Positions 13,861-27,644 are shown, counted from the stretch's first letter. The stretch is DNA of 64,000 bases from the human T2T-CHM13v2.0 reference genome, Homo sapiens (GCF_009914755.1 NC_060925.1); one strand, 5' to 3'. Numbers and translations are program-made. Notes: generated by a model not told the origin, from the letters alone.

Positions 13861-14632
13861 GTGGGTAGTGATATAGTGATATTTGAGTGCTTAATATGGT
13901 GTATGGCTGTCCGTGTAACAGAGAGCCAGGAAAAGATTCAGGATACAGCAGCATCTGTAATCAGGGATAATTTGGAAACAACCCACACATCAATGCCATT
14001 AGGATTTGCACCATATACTTCAACCATATATAGCAGTGGGAAACAGCTAGGTTCCCAATAGAAAATTTTGCAGTCTTAAGTTAGGAAGAAAGGGAGGGAG
14101 GCAGAAAATGAAGTACATTTAGAAATCAGCTTCAGTTCACGTGAAGAGAAAAAAACAATGAGATGAACAGGGAGAATAAAATAATCAAGGACAGAGAAAG
14201 AGGAATTTATGTCTGTGAATACTAGACTTTAAGTCCCAAATGACTATCACACATATTTAGTGCTGTGCAAGAAAGGGAAAGAGAGATCTCATAGCTTCCA
14301 CAGCAGCAGTGTGACCCCTAAGACGGCTCCAAATTTCTTACATCCAATTTCCTGTCCTTACCTTACTGTAGCCTCAGGATTAGAGGCATCTTTCTGTTTA
14401 CCTACTGTAAGCTCACAAGACCCTTCCTGCTATCCTGGTTCTAAGTCCTTGCAGAAGACATTTACAGGGTTGCTGTTGGTTGGAAATGGAGCCACAGGGG
14501 GACTTCACAAACCCTCCCTGCAAACAAACAAGTCCAACAAACCCCTATAACATGCTCATGTCATCTGACCAGTTGACAGAGCACACTTCCATCTGCATAT
14601 TGTTACTGCCTTCCCAGCAAAATAGACAATCT

Positions 14633-17075
14633 TGTGAGATTTCTGCTTTAAAGAGGTTCTGTTTTGATGTGTTTCCAGGATTTGTTTCAAGACTTAGAGC
14701 TCCTTTTAGCAGTTCTTGTAGTGGTGGCCTGGTAATGGTAAATTCTCTCAGCCTTTGGTTTGTCTGAAAATGACTGTCTCTTTCCTTCATATATGATGCT
14801 TAGTTTTGCTGCATACAAAATTCTTGGCTGATAATTGTTGTGTTTGAGGAGGCTGAAGATAGGGCCCCAATCCCTTCTAGCTTGTAGGGTTTCTGCTGAG
14901 AAATCTGCTGTTAATCTGATAGGTTTTCCTTTGTAGGTTACCTGGTGCTTCTGTCTCACAGCTCTTAAGATTCTTTCCTTCATCTTAATTTTGGGTAACC
15001 TGATGACAGTGTGCCTAGGCAAATAACTTTTTTGTGATGAATTTTCCAGTTGTTCTTTGTGCTTCTTGTATTTGCATGTCTAGGTCTCTAGCAAGGCTGG
15101 GGAAGGTTTCCTCAATTATTCCCCCAAATATGTTTTCCAAGCTTTTAGAATTCTCTTCTTCCTCAGGAACACTGATTATTCTTAGGTTTGGTCATTTAAC
15201 ATAATCCCAGACTTCTTGGAAGCTTTGTTCATATTTTCTTATTCTTTTTGTCTTTGTCTTTGTTGGATTGTGTTAATTCAAAGACCTTGTCTTAGAGTTC
15301 TGAATTTCTTTCTTCTACTTGTTCAATTCTATTGCTGAGACTTTCCAGAGCATTTTGCATTTCTAAAAGTGTGTCTGAAGTTTCCTGAATTTTTTATTGT
15401 TTTTTCTTTAAGCTGTCTATTTCATTGACTATTTCTCCCTTCACTTCTTGTATCATTTTTTGGATTTCCTTGCATTGGGCTTTGCCTTTCTCTGGTCCCT
15501 CCCTGATTAGCTTAATAACTAACCTCCTGAATTCTTTTTCAGGTAAATCAGGGATTTCTTCTTGGTTTGGATCCATTGCTGGTGAACTAGTGTGATTCTG
15601 GGGGGGTGTTGAAGAGCCTTATTTTGTCGTATTACCAGGGTTGGTTTTCTGGTTCCTTCTCATTTGGGTAGGCTCTGTCTGAGGGAAGGTCCAGGGCTGA
15701 AGGCTGTTGTTCAGATTCTTTTGTCCCACGAGCTGTTCCCTTGATGTAGTACTCTCCCTCTTTTCCTATGGATGTGGCATCCTGTGAGCTGAACTGCAGT
15801 GATTTTTGTCTCTCTTCTGGGTCTAGCCACCCAGCAAGTCTACGCAACTCTGGACTGGTACTGGGGGTTGTCTGCAGAGTCTTGTGATGTGAACCGTCTA
15901 TGGGTTTCTCAGCTGTGGATACCAGTGCCTATTCCGGGGAGGTGGCAGGGTGGGGTGCAATGGACTCCGTGAGGGTTCTTAGCTCTGGTGGTTGAATGCT
16001 CTATTTTTGTGCTGGTTGGTCTCCTGCCAGGAGGTGGCGCTTTCTAGAAAGCATCAGCTATAGCAGTGTGGAGAGGGACCAGTGGTAGGTGGGGCCCTAG
16101 AACTCAAGATTATATGCCCTTTGTCTTCAGCTAGCAGGGTGGATAGGGAAGGACCATCAGGTGGGGGCAGGGTTTGGCTGTCTGAGCTCAAACTCTCCTT
16201 TGGTGGGTCCTGCTGCAGCTGCTCTGGGGGATGAAGGTGAGATTCCCAGGTCCCCGGAGTTGTGTACCTAGGAGGATTATGGCAGCTGCTGCTGAGACAT
16301 GCAGGTTGCCAGGGAAGTGGGGGAAAGGTGGCAGTCACAGGCCTCACCCAGCTGCCACGCAAACTGAAGGGCTGGTCTCACTCCCACCACGGCCCCTGCA
16401 ACAGCCCCGAGTCTGTTTGCAGGAGGAGGGCAAGATGGGCTTGAAAACTTACCCCAGGCTACCTGCCTCCCAGTTGCAAAATAAATGGGCTTGGTTCTTC
16501 CCCTGCATGTGGAGTCTGCATACTGGATTTGCGCCCTCCCCTGAGATCTGGCCAGGAGGCTTCTCACCCTGTTCAAACTGTTACAAAGTTCAGCTAGAGA
16601 TTTCCTTCCCTCTGTGGAGTTCTAGTCCTGCTCCTCTGGCTGCTCTCCCCATGGATCCCTGTGGTGCCAGCCCAGGCAGGAATGGCCTGCTAGGAGATGC
16701 AGTGAACCCCCAGGGCCCTTCTGCTGCTACCTCTACTCCTGTGTTTCGCTCGGCTGCCTGCATTGACTCAGCTCCAGGTAAAGTTGGAAACTTCCCCTGC
16801 AAACAGAACTTCAGCTTCTCCAGTGGGGGTGTGTGTTCAAAAGATGATGGTCCCTCTTTCCCACTTCCACAGTTAGGGTACTCACCGTATTTGGGATGTC
16901 TCCTAAGTCCTTCAGGAGCAGTCTGCTTCCTTCAGAGGGTCTGTAGGTCCTCTAGGGATTGCTGCTTTTTTCTTGCATTCAATCTGGAGCTAAAATTCAC
17001 AATACAAGCCTCCACACACCGCTCTGTCCAGAGGTGGAATCTAGTCCTGCTTCCCATCGGCCATGATGAGCCCAT
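14633..17075 (-). mobile_element. L1PB-like LINE-1, 5'UTR plus degenerate ORF1 only
   Basis: ORF1p remnants in track (15394-15576 MDPNQEEIPDLPEKEFRRL; 14687-15022 ...VTYKGKPIRLTADFSAETLQARRDW); L1PBa-like 5' end CATGGCCGATGGGAAGCAGGACTAGATT on the minus strand. Confidence 0.9.
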
Positions 17076-17184
17076 CATCACCTTTATCTTACTTTTTTAC
17101 AAAGTGTCTACATTGGGCTTTTAGCTTTTATCATGGACTTCAGTTCATTTGAGGCTTTGACCTTCATGAAGCTTAAAAAATGTG

Positions 17185-17900
17185 TGTTGTACTGAATTGG
17201 CAAAATTTAAAAGTCAGATAATATCAAGGGTTGTCAAAAATGGAAAAACAACATGTACTTTCACCTACTGTTGGCAAAAGCCCATCAGATTTTAAAAAGT
17301 GAAGTTGAACATACACATATCTATGACCTATTAATTTCATCTCCAGGTATATACCCTAAAGAGCTTCTTGAATACATACCAAGAGATATAGAAAAAATGC
17401 TCACAGCAGCCTTGTTCCTGAGAACAAAATGCTGAAAACAACTCATCATTACCAGTAAAAAGACAATAAGACTGAGGCATATACATACACTGGAATCCTA
17501 TACAATAGTGAACATGAATGAACTATAGCCACATGCATTAACATGAACATAAAGACACAAAGTTTAGTTGAGAGGGCCAAGTCACTGAAGAATACATACA
17601 GTATAAATTCAATTTGCTACCATTCAAATCAGGGAAAACTAAACAATGCTTAGAGATACATTCACATGTGATTTAAAAAAAAAAAAAAAAAACAACCTAT
17701 GAAGCAAAGAAGCTAATTATCAACACAATATCCAGGATAGTGGTCACCTAGGGTTCAGGGAAAAGGTCTCCAGAGAGCTTCTAAGTTAGTGGTAATGCTT
17801 CATTTCTGAAGCTGGTTGGTAGGTCCATGAAGGTGTGTTTTATCACTCTTTCATTTGCATGTGTACATTTCACACCTTTGTGTATATGATTATATATATG
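17185..17900 (+). mobile_element. L1ME-like 3' fragment
   Basis: CTATGACC...GGTATATACCCTAAAGA...CACAGCAGC; degenerate 3'UTR. Confidence 0.7.
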
Positions 17901-18018
17901 TAAATTTTATACATAACTACTGTACTAATGTATAGGAATTGTAAAACACATAAAAGCTGACATTTTTAGAGGATGATATAAAATAAACTAGATATTCTTT
18001 CAAAAAAATTTGTGTTGT

Positions 18019-18998
18019 CAGCAAAAGAAACTATCATCAGAGTGAACAGGCAACCTACAGAATGGGAGAAAATTTTTGCCATCTATCCATCTGACAAAGA
18101 GCTAATATCCAGATAAATTTACAAGAAACAAACAAACAACCCCATCAAAAAGTGGGTGAAGGATATGAACAGACACTTCTCAAAAGAAGACATTTATGCA
18201 GCCATCAAACATATGAAAAAATGCTCATCATCACTGGTCATTAGAGAAATGCAAATCAAAACCACAATGAGATACCATCTCATGCCAGTTAGAATGGCGA
18301 GCATTAAAAAGTCAGGAAACAACAGATGCTGGAGAAGATGTGGAGAAATGGGAACGCTTTTACACTGTTGGTGGCAGTGTAAATTATTTCTGCCATTGTG
18401 GAAGACAGTGTGGTTATTCCTTAAGGATCTAGAACCAGAAATACCATTTGACCCAGCAATCCCACTACTGGGTATATACCCAAAGGATTATAAATCATTC
18501 TGCTATAAAGACACATGCACATGTATGTTTATTGCAGCACTGTTCACCATAGCAAAGACTTGGAACCAACCCAAATGCCCATCAATGATAGACTGGGTAA
18601 AGAAAATGTGGCACATATACACCATGGAATACTATACAGCCATAAAAAAGGATGAGTTCATGTCGTTTGCAGGGACATGGATGAAGCTGGAAACCATCAT
18701 TCTTAGCAAACTAACACAAGAACAAAAAACCAAACACCACATGTTCTCACTCATAAGTGGGAGTTGAACAATGAGAACACATGGACACAGGGAGGGGAAC
18801 ATCACACACTGGGGCCTGTCAGGGGGTCGGGGGCCGGGGGAGGGACAGCATTAGGAGAAATACCTAATGTAGATGATGGGTTGACGGGTGCAGCAAACCA
18901 CCATAGCACATGTATACCAATGTAAGAAACCTGCACATTCTGCACATGTACCCCAGAACTTAAAGTATAAGAAAAAATAAATAAAATGTGCAATAAAT
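18019..18998 (+). mobile_element. L1PA (PA6-8-like) 5'-truncated, ORF2 C-terminus plus 3'UTR
   Basis: ORF 18156-18767 is the ORF2p C-terminal domain ([17 protein letters not shown]...HMFSLISGS); G-rich 3'UTR; A-rich tail. Confidence 0.96.
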
Positions 18999-19869
18999 AA
19001 ACTGTGTATCACCTTTAAAATCAGAGTGTTCCTGTCAATAGCCAGTATTAATTCTTCTGATGGCGTTTTGATGGTCAGGAGTACATTTTTAAAATAAGAC
19101 TTCATCTTTATGGGTTATGCTTTCAGAAGTTTTGTTCATGGAATGAAAACCTTAATTTTTCTAAAGTTTTGATGTCTGCTTCCCTATGTCAATGTATGTC
19201 TGGTTATCTGTGTCTAGTGTTCATAAGCCATTGTAGGATAAACTTCAAGAATATTTTGTCTAAATATTTTTCCTTTTAATTTCCAAATTACTAATACTTT
19301 TGAATGAAAAAGAAACTTGAGTTTGGAATGGAAGCTTCCCTGCCATCCTCTGTAATTGAGAGATAAAATTGTGGCCAGGGTCAACAAATAATTTATAACC
19401 AGATGTTCTGTTTTCTGCAGAACAGATGTCAACTTAGCTGGAGAAGCCTAATGCTACTGTGTCTTACCTCTCTGTACATTTTTCTTTTCATGTTTGATCA
19501 TTTGTCCACTTTCTCTGCTTGGTTGGGTGTACTGTGTGTTCTCCTTTCAGTATCTCTTCTCTCTTTCTCCCCTTTCATGTACACTCACGTTTTCTGTCTT
19601 CATTCACTGATTCAACACTTACAATTCAATACAATACATACAACCCAGAAACTACCAGGTACCAGGCAGGTACTGTTCTAGGTGTCATCTTCAAGTCTGT
19701 GAATTTCTCTGTAAAAACATACTTTCCTTATACAAAAGAATCCTTTGTTCAACAAATACTTAGAATTTGTCATAGGTGTCAGGCAATTTGCTTGGTTCTG
19801 GGATCATCCTCTTTTTCCCTGTTCATATGACATATATATCCAGAATCGAAAAAAGGCCTGTCCCCTATT

Positions 19870-20477
19870 TATATGCTTTAGGCATATATTCTCTCTCAAC
19901 AACATTTAAGAATATTTATAAGGTCATTTTTATTACTTATTCTCTGAAGGTTGCAATGTAAGCATTTGAAATCATACACACTTACAAGGAAATAAATGAT
20001 TTTTAAGTCCCTCAGCATTAAGGAATACATTAATGTCTCCCAACATTAAGGAAAGCAACTTTCCTGGAATACACGATGCCTTCATATCTTCTCATATTAC
20101 AGTTTTGTCTCAGCCTTTTTTTTCTCTTTTTCCTAAAAGTTCTGCCCAAAGGTTTGTTTTTCTTTAAATCATTTTCAATGCTGATTTGTTCTTCTTGGTA
20201 TTTGTTACTTAGACCTCAAGCCCTTATCCAGTGTGATGATGGTCCTTAGTCATGTTCACCAAGTATTTCTGGCTCTCTGCTTTCAAGGCACCTGTGTGGA
20301 TGCACCTCTTGGCTACATTAAGGTTGGGTGGAACTGTGTGATTTGTCCTGACCAATAAGCTATGAGCGGGAAGGGTGATTGTTGTTTTTAGAAGAGAACA
20401 TTATATTGCCAGTGTAAGGTCCTCCAAAACTCTTTTTTACCCTTATCATAGCAACGATAATATTTGAGATGATAGTT
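19870..20477 (+). repeat. Local ~600-bp duplication, donor copy (other copy 23788-24390)
   Basis: Long near-identical runs, e.g. CAACATTAAGGAAAGCAACTTTCCTGGAATACACGATGCCTTCATATCTTCT, in both copies. Confidence 0.97.
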
Positions 20478-20617
20478 GCTCTGACAATATTATTCCTAGA
20501 ATGAGGAGACAAAGAACAGAGCACCCTGCAAACCTACAATGGTCTTGAAGCATAAGAGAAAAATAGTCCACCTAGGGGGGAGGTTGTTACCATAGCCCAA
20601 CCTCACCTACCCTGACA
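20232..20617 (+). mobile_element. MaLR LTR, MLT1I/J-like
   Basis: TGTG start; ...GTTGTTACCATAGCCCAACCTCACCTACCCTGAC end resembles MLT1 3' terminus. Confidence 0.7.
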
Positions 20618-21134
20618 CTCCAAGATCTCATCATTCTAACACATAGTTATGGACCTGGAAATGAAATTCTGGAATGTATAAGGCAAATAAACACAGACTC
20701 TGTCCTTGTTTGTATTATAAGCAGAACCATTACTTAAAATAAATGGAAATAAAACTTGGGCGTAATATCTTGCATTTCCAACCTAGAACTTCAAGGTTAC
20801 TCAAGGCATCTCCTGAGTTTCACCTATCATTGCTTCTTTGTAGAATGGCAAGTACATTACTGGAGGTGATTTTGGGGGCTAATGAATTTTGGCAAGGTTC
20901 TGTAACATCTAAAACTTTAATCACATTTCAGTTATTTAATGGCATTTGGAAGGGCCGGAATTGAGGCTGTGTTTCACTCTATGCATTGCCAAATCAGTGG
21001 CTGTTTCCACCAAAAGCATAACTTGATAACATAAATGAGAAATATTCATTGAGAGTAGCCCTCCAAAAATTCAGAAGAAAACTCTAGTCTTTTCGTTATT
21101 TTCCAACTTATTTGTCTATTAAGCCAAAGCACAT

Positions 21135-22235
21135 TGTGATAATGTGATATAATAAGAAATATGGTATATGTTTGGTCTTTACCCTCAGTTCCTGGCAGTT
21201 TCTAAAACCCTTGGAATTTACTCAGTGATAGAATGAAAGGAGCATCTTTTGTTGTTCATAAGCCCTTAAATTTTTTAATTTTATTTTCTGTGAGTACATA
21301 GTAGATGTATATATTTATAGGATACATGAGATAGTTTGATGCAGACATGCAGTGAAATAGGCACATCATGGAGAATGGGGTATCCATCCCCTCAAGCATT
21401 TATCCTTTGAGTTACAAGCAATCCAATTATAATCTTTATTTTAAAATGCACCATTAAGTTATTATTGACTGTAGTCACCCTGTTGTGCTATCAAATACTA
21501 GGTTTTCACAATAAGCCCCTTTCAACCATATCTGAGTTTATGCTAATGAGTGAGTGTCCCTAGATAGCTTCAGGATGGAGGCTGAATGCCAGAGGAACCA
21601 ATCCTGTGATGAGAGGGCTGTAACCTTCAGCCCAAACTCCCTGACCTCCAGGGAGGGGAAAGGCACTAGAGAGTAAGTGAGTCACTAATAGCCAATGATT
21701 TAATCGATAATGACTGTGTAATGGAACTTCCATAAATATCCTAAACAGTGGGGTTCAGAGAGATTCTGGGTTGGCAAACACATCTAGGTTCTGGGAGGCT
21801 GGCACCCCTAGGAAGCTCCATCCCCTACCTCCCATACCTTGTCTTATGCATCGCCCATTTGCCTGTTTCTGAGAAGTATCCTTTATAATAAATGGTAATA
21901 GTAAGTAAGCTGTTTTCCTGAATTTCTCTGTAAGCCTTTCTAGCAAAGGCAAGGAGACGGTTGTAGGAACCCCGATTTATAGTACGGTCGAAAGTACAAG
22001 AGGCCTGGAATTGCACCTGGCATTTGAAGTGGGGCAATCTTCAAATTGAAGAGCAAGCTCTTAAACTTGTGGGATCTGATGCACAAGTTAAACCTTCAGG
22101 TTGTGAGGTAGTTAGGGTCAGAACTGAAATACGTTGTTAGGCACCTAGTTTGTGTGTCCAGGGAGACGGAGAATTGTTTGTTCTTGTGGAAAACCCCACA
22201 CATTCGGTGGTAGAAATGCTGTCAGCAAAAACAGA
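21135..22235 (+). mobile_element. MER21-family LTR interrupted by L1MA
   Basis: TGTGATAATGTGATATAATAAGAAATAT start; CCCTAGATAGCTTCAGGATGG; CCAATGATTTAATC. Confidence 0.85.
21268..21510 (-). mobile_element. L1MA (MA1-3-like) 3' end
   Basis: GTACATAGTAGATGTATATATTTAT...ATCCATCCCCTCAAGCATTTATCC; TSD ATAAGCCC at 21258 and 21511. Confidence 0.9.
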
Positions 22236-22574
22236 TTCTAGTAGTCGGACACGTTGTATTTGTTGGATCTGGAATTCCATTTTTGGAAGTTTTATTTTAC
22301 TTGATAAGCTTGTGTTTTTAGAGCCATAATACAAGGAGAAATTTTGTTTATCTTTGGCTTCCACACATAAAACCAAATAAACTTTACTCCATGTTCTGTG
22401 GTCCCTAAACGCCATCCTCCATAGGCATGACAAATTTAGGGAGTTTATTACCTATTTCCATTTAAAAAATGATTTTTCTGTAAGTTAAATCTTCTTTACA
22501 TGGTTAATAAAATATTTAACAAAACCTAATTAGACGATTAATATAAAAACAATATAAAAAGACACAAAACTACT

Positions 22575-22885
22575 GGCTGGATGCAGTGGCTCACACCTGT
22601 AATCCCAGCGCTTTGGGAGGCTGAGGCAGGTGGATCACCTGAGGTCAGGAGTTCGAGACCAGCCTAGCCAACATGGTAAAACCCTGTGTCTACTAAAAAT
22701 ACAAAAAAAATTAGTCGGACCTGGTAGCAGGCACCTGTAATCCCAGCTACTCGGGAGGCTCATGTAAGAGAATCACTTGAACCCGGGAGGTGGAGGTTGC
22801 AGTGTGCCAAGATTGCGCCACTGCACTCTGGCCCTGGCCTTGGTGATAGAGCAAGATTCTGTCTCCAAAAAAAAAAAAAAAAAAA
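22575..22885 (+). mobile_element. AluSx-like
   Basis: Full dimer, A-tail; degenerate TSD AAAGACACAAAACTACT/AAAGACATAGAACTGCT. Confidence 0.96.
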
Positions 22886-23459
22886 GACATAGAACTGCTA
22901 ATATAATTGACAAATAGCTGTTTATAATGTTGATTTTTTTTTCCCATAACCATGAGGATATAAACATTCCCTAATTCCCTGTCTTAAAGGTAGAATCTTT
23001 GTTAAAACTGTCTGTGGCTCATGAAAACCCTTGCGGACAATATCTGGCAGCATTTGCAATCTTTTTAGAAGAGGAAACTGCTGACTACCTCCTGATTTCG
23101 AAGAAAATGTTGCCTTTAATGACTCTGGAATCATCTCCCTGAGAATTTCTCTGACTGTCCTGTACAGTCCCATTCTGTTAGAGAAAGGATGGAAGAAATG
23201 AATTTCAGGGTGATGCTCCTGACATGCATCCTGGATCTCTAGCCAGATTTGATCCAGCTGATTGGAGTCATGGACTTACCTCCTCAGCCCCTGTTCCTTA
23301 GGTAGGGGCTCAGAGTTCTTTTATTGGAACTGACAAGACATTGCATCTCAGCTGGAACGCCAGACTGAGCTCCATACATGGTCAGGCAAATGAGGGACAT
23401 AGGGTTTCCTTCCCACTTATTACTTTCTGAATGGGGGCTCAGAAGCCCCTTATAGGTTT

Positions 23460-24497
23460 TGTCATCCTGAACAACAGAAAGAGGCTCTCTAAAAGAAAGG
23501 AAAAGTTTATTTGGGAATACAGCATTGCAATGGGAATCAGGATGCCATAGTAAACTATGTGCATATTCAGGGAGGTAAAAGAAGATGAAGGTTTTTACAG
23601 GAAAAAATGAAGAGGATTACATAACTGTTTTGAAGTAATTATCCTTGGCTACAAAGATCAATAACAAGGATGACACCGTTCTGAGGCTGGGCAGGCAGTT
23701 CCTGGGCAGTCCTTGCAAAAACATTTGTGTGTGTGTAAGGTTACGACAGCCTTTGTATAATATTGTAGTTTCATAGAATCTTTATCATATATTCTGTAGG
23801 CATATATTCTCTATCACCAACACTTAAGAATATTTATGAGTTCATTTTTATTACATCTTCTCTGCAGGTTGCAATGTAAGCATTTGAAATCATACACATT
23901 TACAAGGAAATAAATGATTTTTAAGTCCCTCAGCATTAAGGAATGCATTAATGTCTCCCAACATTAAGGAAAGCAACTTTCCTGGAATACACGATGCCTT
24001 CATATCTTCTTCTATTACAGTTTTAACCTAGCCTTGTTTTCTCTTTTTCCTAAAAATTCTGCCCAAAGGTTTGTTTTTCTTTAAATCATTTTCAATGCTG
24101 ATTTATTCTTCTTCGTATTTGTTACTTAGACCTCAAGCCCTTATCCAATGTGACGATGGTCCTTAGTCATGTTCACCAAGTATTTCTGGCTCTCTGCTTT
24201 CAGGGCACCTGTGTGGATGCACCTCTCGGCCACCTTAAGGTTGGGTAGAACTGTGTGATTAGTCCTGACCAATAAGCTATGAACAGAAAGGGTGATTGTT
24301 TTTAGAAGAGAGCATTAAATTGCCAGTGTAAGGTCCTTCAAAACTCTCTTTCCCCTTATCATAGCATCAATAATATTTGAGATGATAGTTTATCAGGCAT
24401 ACAAGTGTAAGAACCCTTTCTTCATGGTCTCCCCAACTCTATTTGTCATAGGTTTCTTAACATTAGTGATGCCATTTTGATTCTGACAGCTTTCACA
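23460..24497 (-). mobile_element. ERV1-class solo LTR (MER93-like) split by a 600-bp insert
   Basis: Minus strand starts TGTGAAAGCTGTCAGAATCAAAATGG and ends ...TGACA; 4-bp TSD GTTT at 23456-23459 and 24498-24501. Confidence 0.85.
23788..24390 (+). repeat. Local ~600-bp duplication, inserted copy
   Basis: Colinear with 19870-20477, about 90% identical by eye. Confidence 0.97.
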
Positions 24498-24635
24498 GTT
24501 TCATGGCCAAGATATTAAGTTTGAGCCCTGGTATTCGATTTCTATCCTCTTCCTAAGCTGTGTGAGTAAAATTGGCCTTTAGTTGCTACCAACCTTCTTC
24601 TAGACACAGAGGTATGCATTAAAAAAAAAGAAAGA

Positions 24636-24954
<319 letters not shown>

Positions 24955-25698
24955 AAAAAAAGAAAGATGTAGTATGTGGGGTGGAGAAAGCTCCATTGGA
25001 AGCTCTCTTAATGGAATGGGTGTGTGCTCTATTCAGTGGTACCACATCTGCTGCAAAACTTTGATGGTGTCCAATCTGTCTGGTCTGCGTGCATGGCCAA
25101 ACTGGCTTAGAACTGTTTCTAATAGGAACCCCACCAGCCAGTTAGGAGAAGGTCTGCTTTAGATACTTGAAAGATAGAGATTTTATGACCTCCTAAGGAG
25201 AGGTGACTCTACGTGTCCAAAAGTTTGAAAGAGACTGGGCTTAAGCTGCACAAGTGAATGGACAAAGATCTATCCATCTGCCAATCACCGAACATCTCTT
25301 TAGAATTCCTCTGTGCCCATATGGAATGTTTAAACATTTTCTGCAAAGGGGATATCAGAAAATAATAGGATTGGTTTACTCATCAGATCAGTTTGATTGT
25401 ATTTTACAATGAGTTTTCCTGACAGTTTCTAAATGGCTTCAGGTTCTCCTCTTCCATTTATTTCTAGTTGTTGGATGTTTACTGATGAAGTAATTGAGCC
25501 TATAATTTACCTTAAGAGTCCTAAAGCTAAAAGAAGGAGATAATTTCTGAAGTTTTCTAATCACTGGTTTGGCAATCTGGAGCAAGTCATTAAAACAACC
25601 TAACTTTAATATTTTCACCTGTAAAATATAGAGATAATCAGACTTATCCTCCCAGGGTTGTGGCCTGATGCTGAACAATAACTTTAAAAAATGTCTTT

Positions 25699-26327
25699 TG
25701 CTATGGTTTGAACATTTGTCCCCTCCAAAACTCATGTTGAAATTTCAGGCTGTGTGCAGTGGTTCACGCCTGTGATCTCAGCACTTTGGGAGGCCGAGGC
25801 GGGCAGATCACTCGAGGCTAGGAGTCCAAGACCAGCCTGACCAACATGGTGAAATCTATAGTCCCAGCTGCTCAGGAGGCTGAGGCAAGAGAAATGCTTA
25901 AACCTGGGAGGCAGAGGTTGCAGCGAGCCGAGATCCACCACTGCACTCCAGCCTGGGCGACAGAGCCAGACTCCATCTCAAAAAATAAATAAATAAAAAT
26001 AAAAATAAATTTCATTGTCATTGTATAGTATTAAGAGGTAGGACCTTTGAGGGGTGATTAAATCCCAAAGGCTCCACTCTATAAATGGATTAAACCATTG
26101 TCTTGGGAGTGAGTTTGTTATAAGCGGGTGCCTTCAGCCCCCTTTTCTGTCTCTCTCTTGCGCTCTCACTTTCTGCCATGTGATGATGTAGGAGGAAGAT
26201 CCTCACACATGCAGGCACCTTGATCTTGGACCTTCCAGCCTCCAGAACTGTGAGCCAATAAATGTCTGTTCATTATAAACCACCTGTCTCAGATATTCTG
26301 GTATAACCACAAAAATGGATGAGGGCA
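25699..26327 (+). mobile_element. MaLR LTR, MST family, interrupted by Alu
   Basis: TGCTATGGTTTGAA...CCCCTCCAAAACTCATGTTGAAAT; CCAGCCTCCAGAACTGTGAGCCAATAAA. Confidence 0.9.
25748..26006 (+). mobile_element. AluS with linker deletion
   Basis: CATGGTGAAA joined to TCTATAGTCCCAGC; TSD AAATTTCA. Confidence 0.93.
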
Positions 26328-26380
26328 TATCTAAACACAAGGTAACAATATGATCAGAATAGAAATAATAGCTTCTTTGT

Positions 26381-26795
<415 letters not shown>

Positions 26796-27644
26796 TCAGC
26801 GACTTATGTATTTTTTAACAAATATTAGAAAAGTATCTATTAGGTGTCAGACTATATATCAGATGCCTAGAGAGATTAAATTATAGAAGACATATTCTCT
26901 CCTATAAAGGAAATTATTTTTAAAATGCAAAAAAAAAAAAAAAAACCCACGAGCCAACAGCGGGCTCTGTGTGAGAATCACTTGATTCAGAAAGTTAGGA
27001 AGAAATAGAATACGGAGGCCAGATTACTGAGCAATCCTATGAAAACATACATACTGACAAATCAATTCTCATTAAACTAGAGTGTAGGCAGCAATGCCTT
27101 AGCCACAGCTGCTGCGCCTAATTGAACTGTATTTGCATTTCAAAAATCAACACCTGAGGCCACATTCAAATTATTCTACCAGAGGTTACTGTAGGGAATT
27201 TGAACTTTGGAGATAATTAACAATATAATTTTTTCTATCATTTTGTCCACAGGGAAGATTCAGTTTACAGCAAATTAAGTAATATTATTTAATATTATAT
27301 GTGAATGGGTTGTATAATCATTCTCAATGTAAACATATTTTTGCACTATGAGATACCCTAGAAATAAAATTTTAATGTTTGAGTTAGGGAAGAATCACGA
27401 TAAATAAAAATAACCCATCAAATCTCAAACTGATGTTATAAAAATGGTTTTAATAAGTGATTTCGGTTTAAAGTAAATTCAGTTTGTGATGTATACACAA
27501 AGGTGACAAGTGATCTATATAAGATGTTGATTCACATTTATGCCCATGAATGATGTCTAGACATGTATAATAAACTGCTAGGGAAGGTAGCCAGAGTCAG
27601 TCCATGCTAAGACTTCTGAGATGCCTAGAAAAGAAATCTTCAAG

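Noticed and set aside
18156-18767. 203-aa ORF
   Set aside because: It is the L1 ORF2p C-terminal remnant of a 5'-truncated, promoterless L1PA with a GTG start; not a gene
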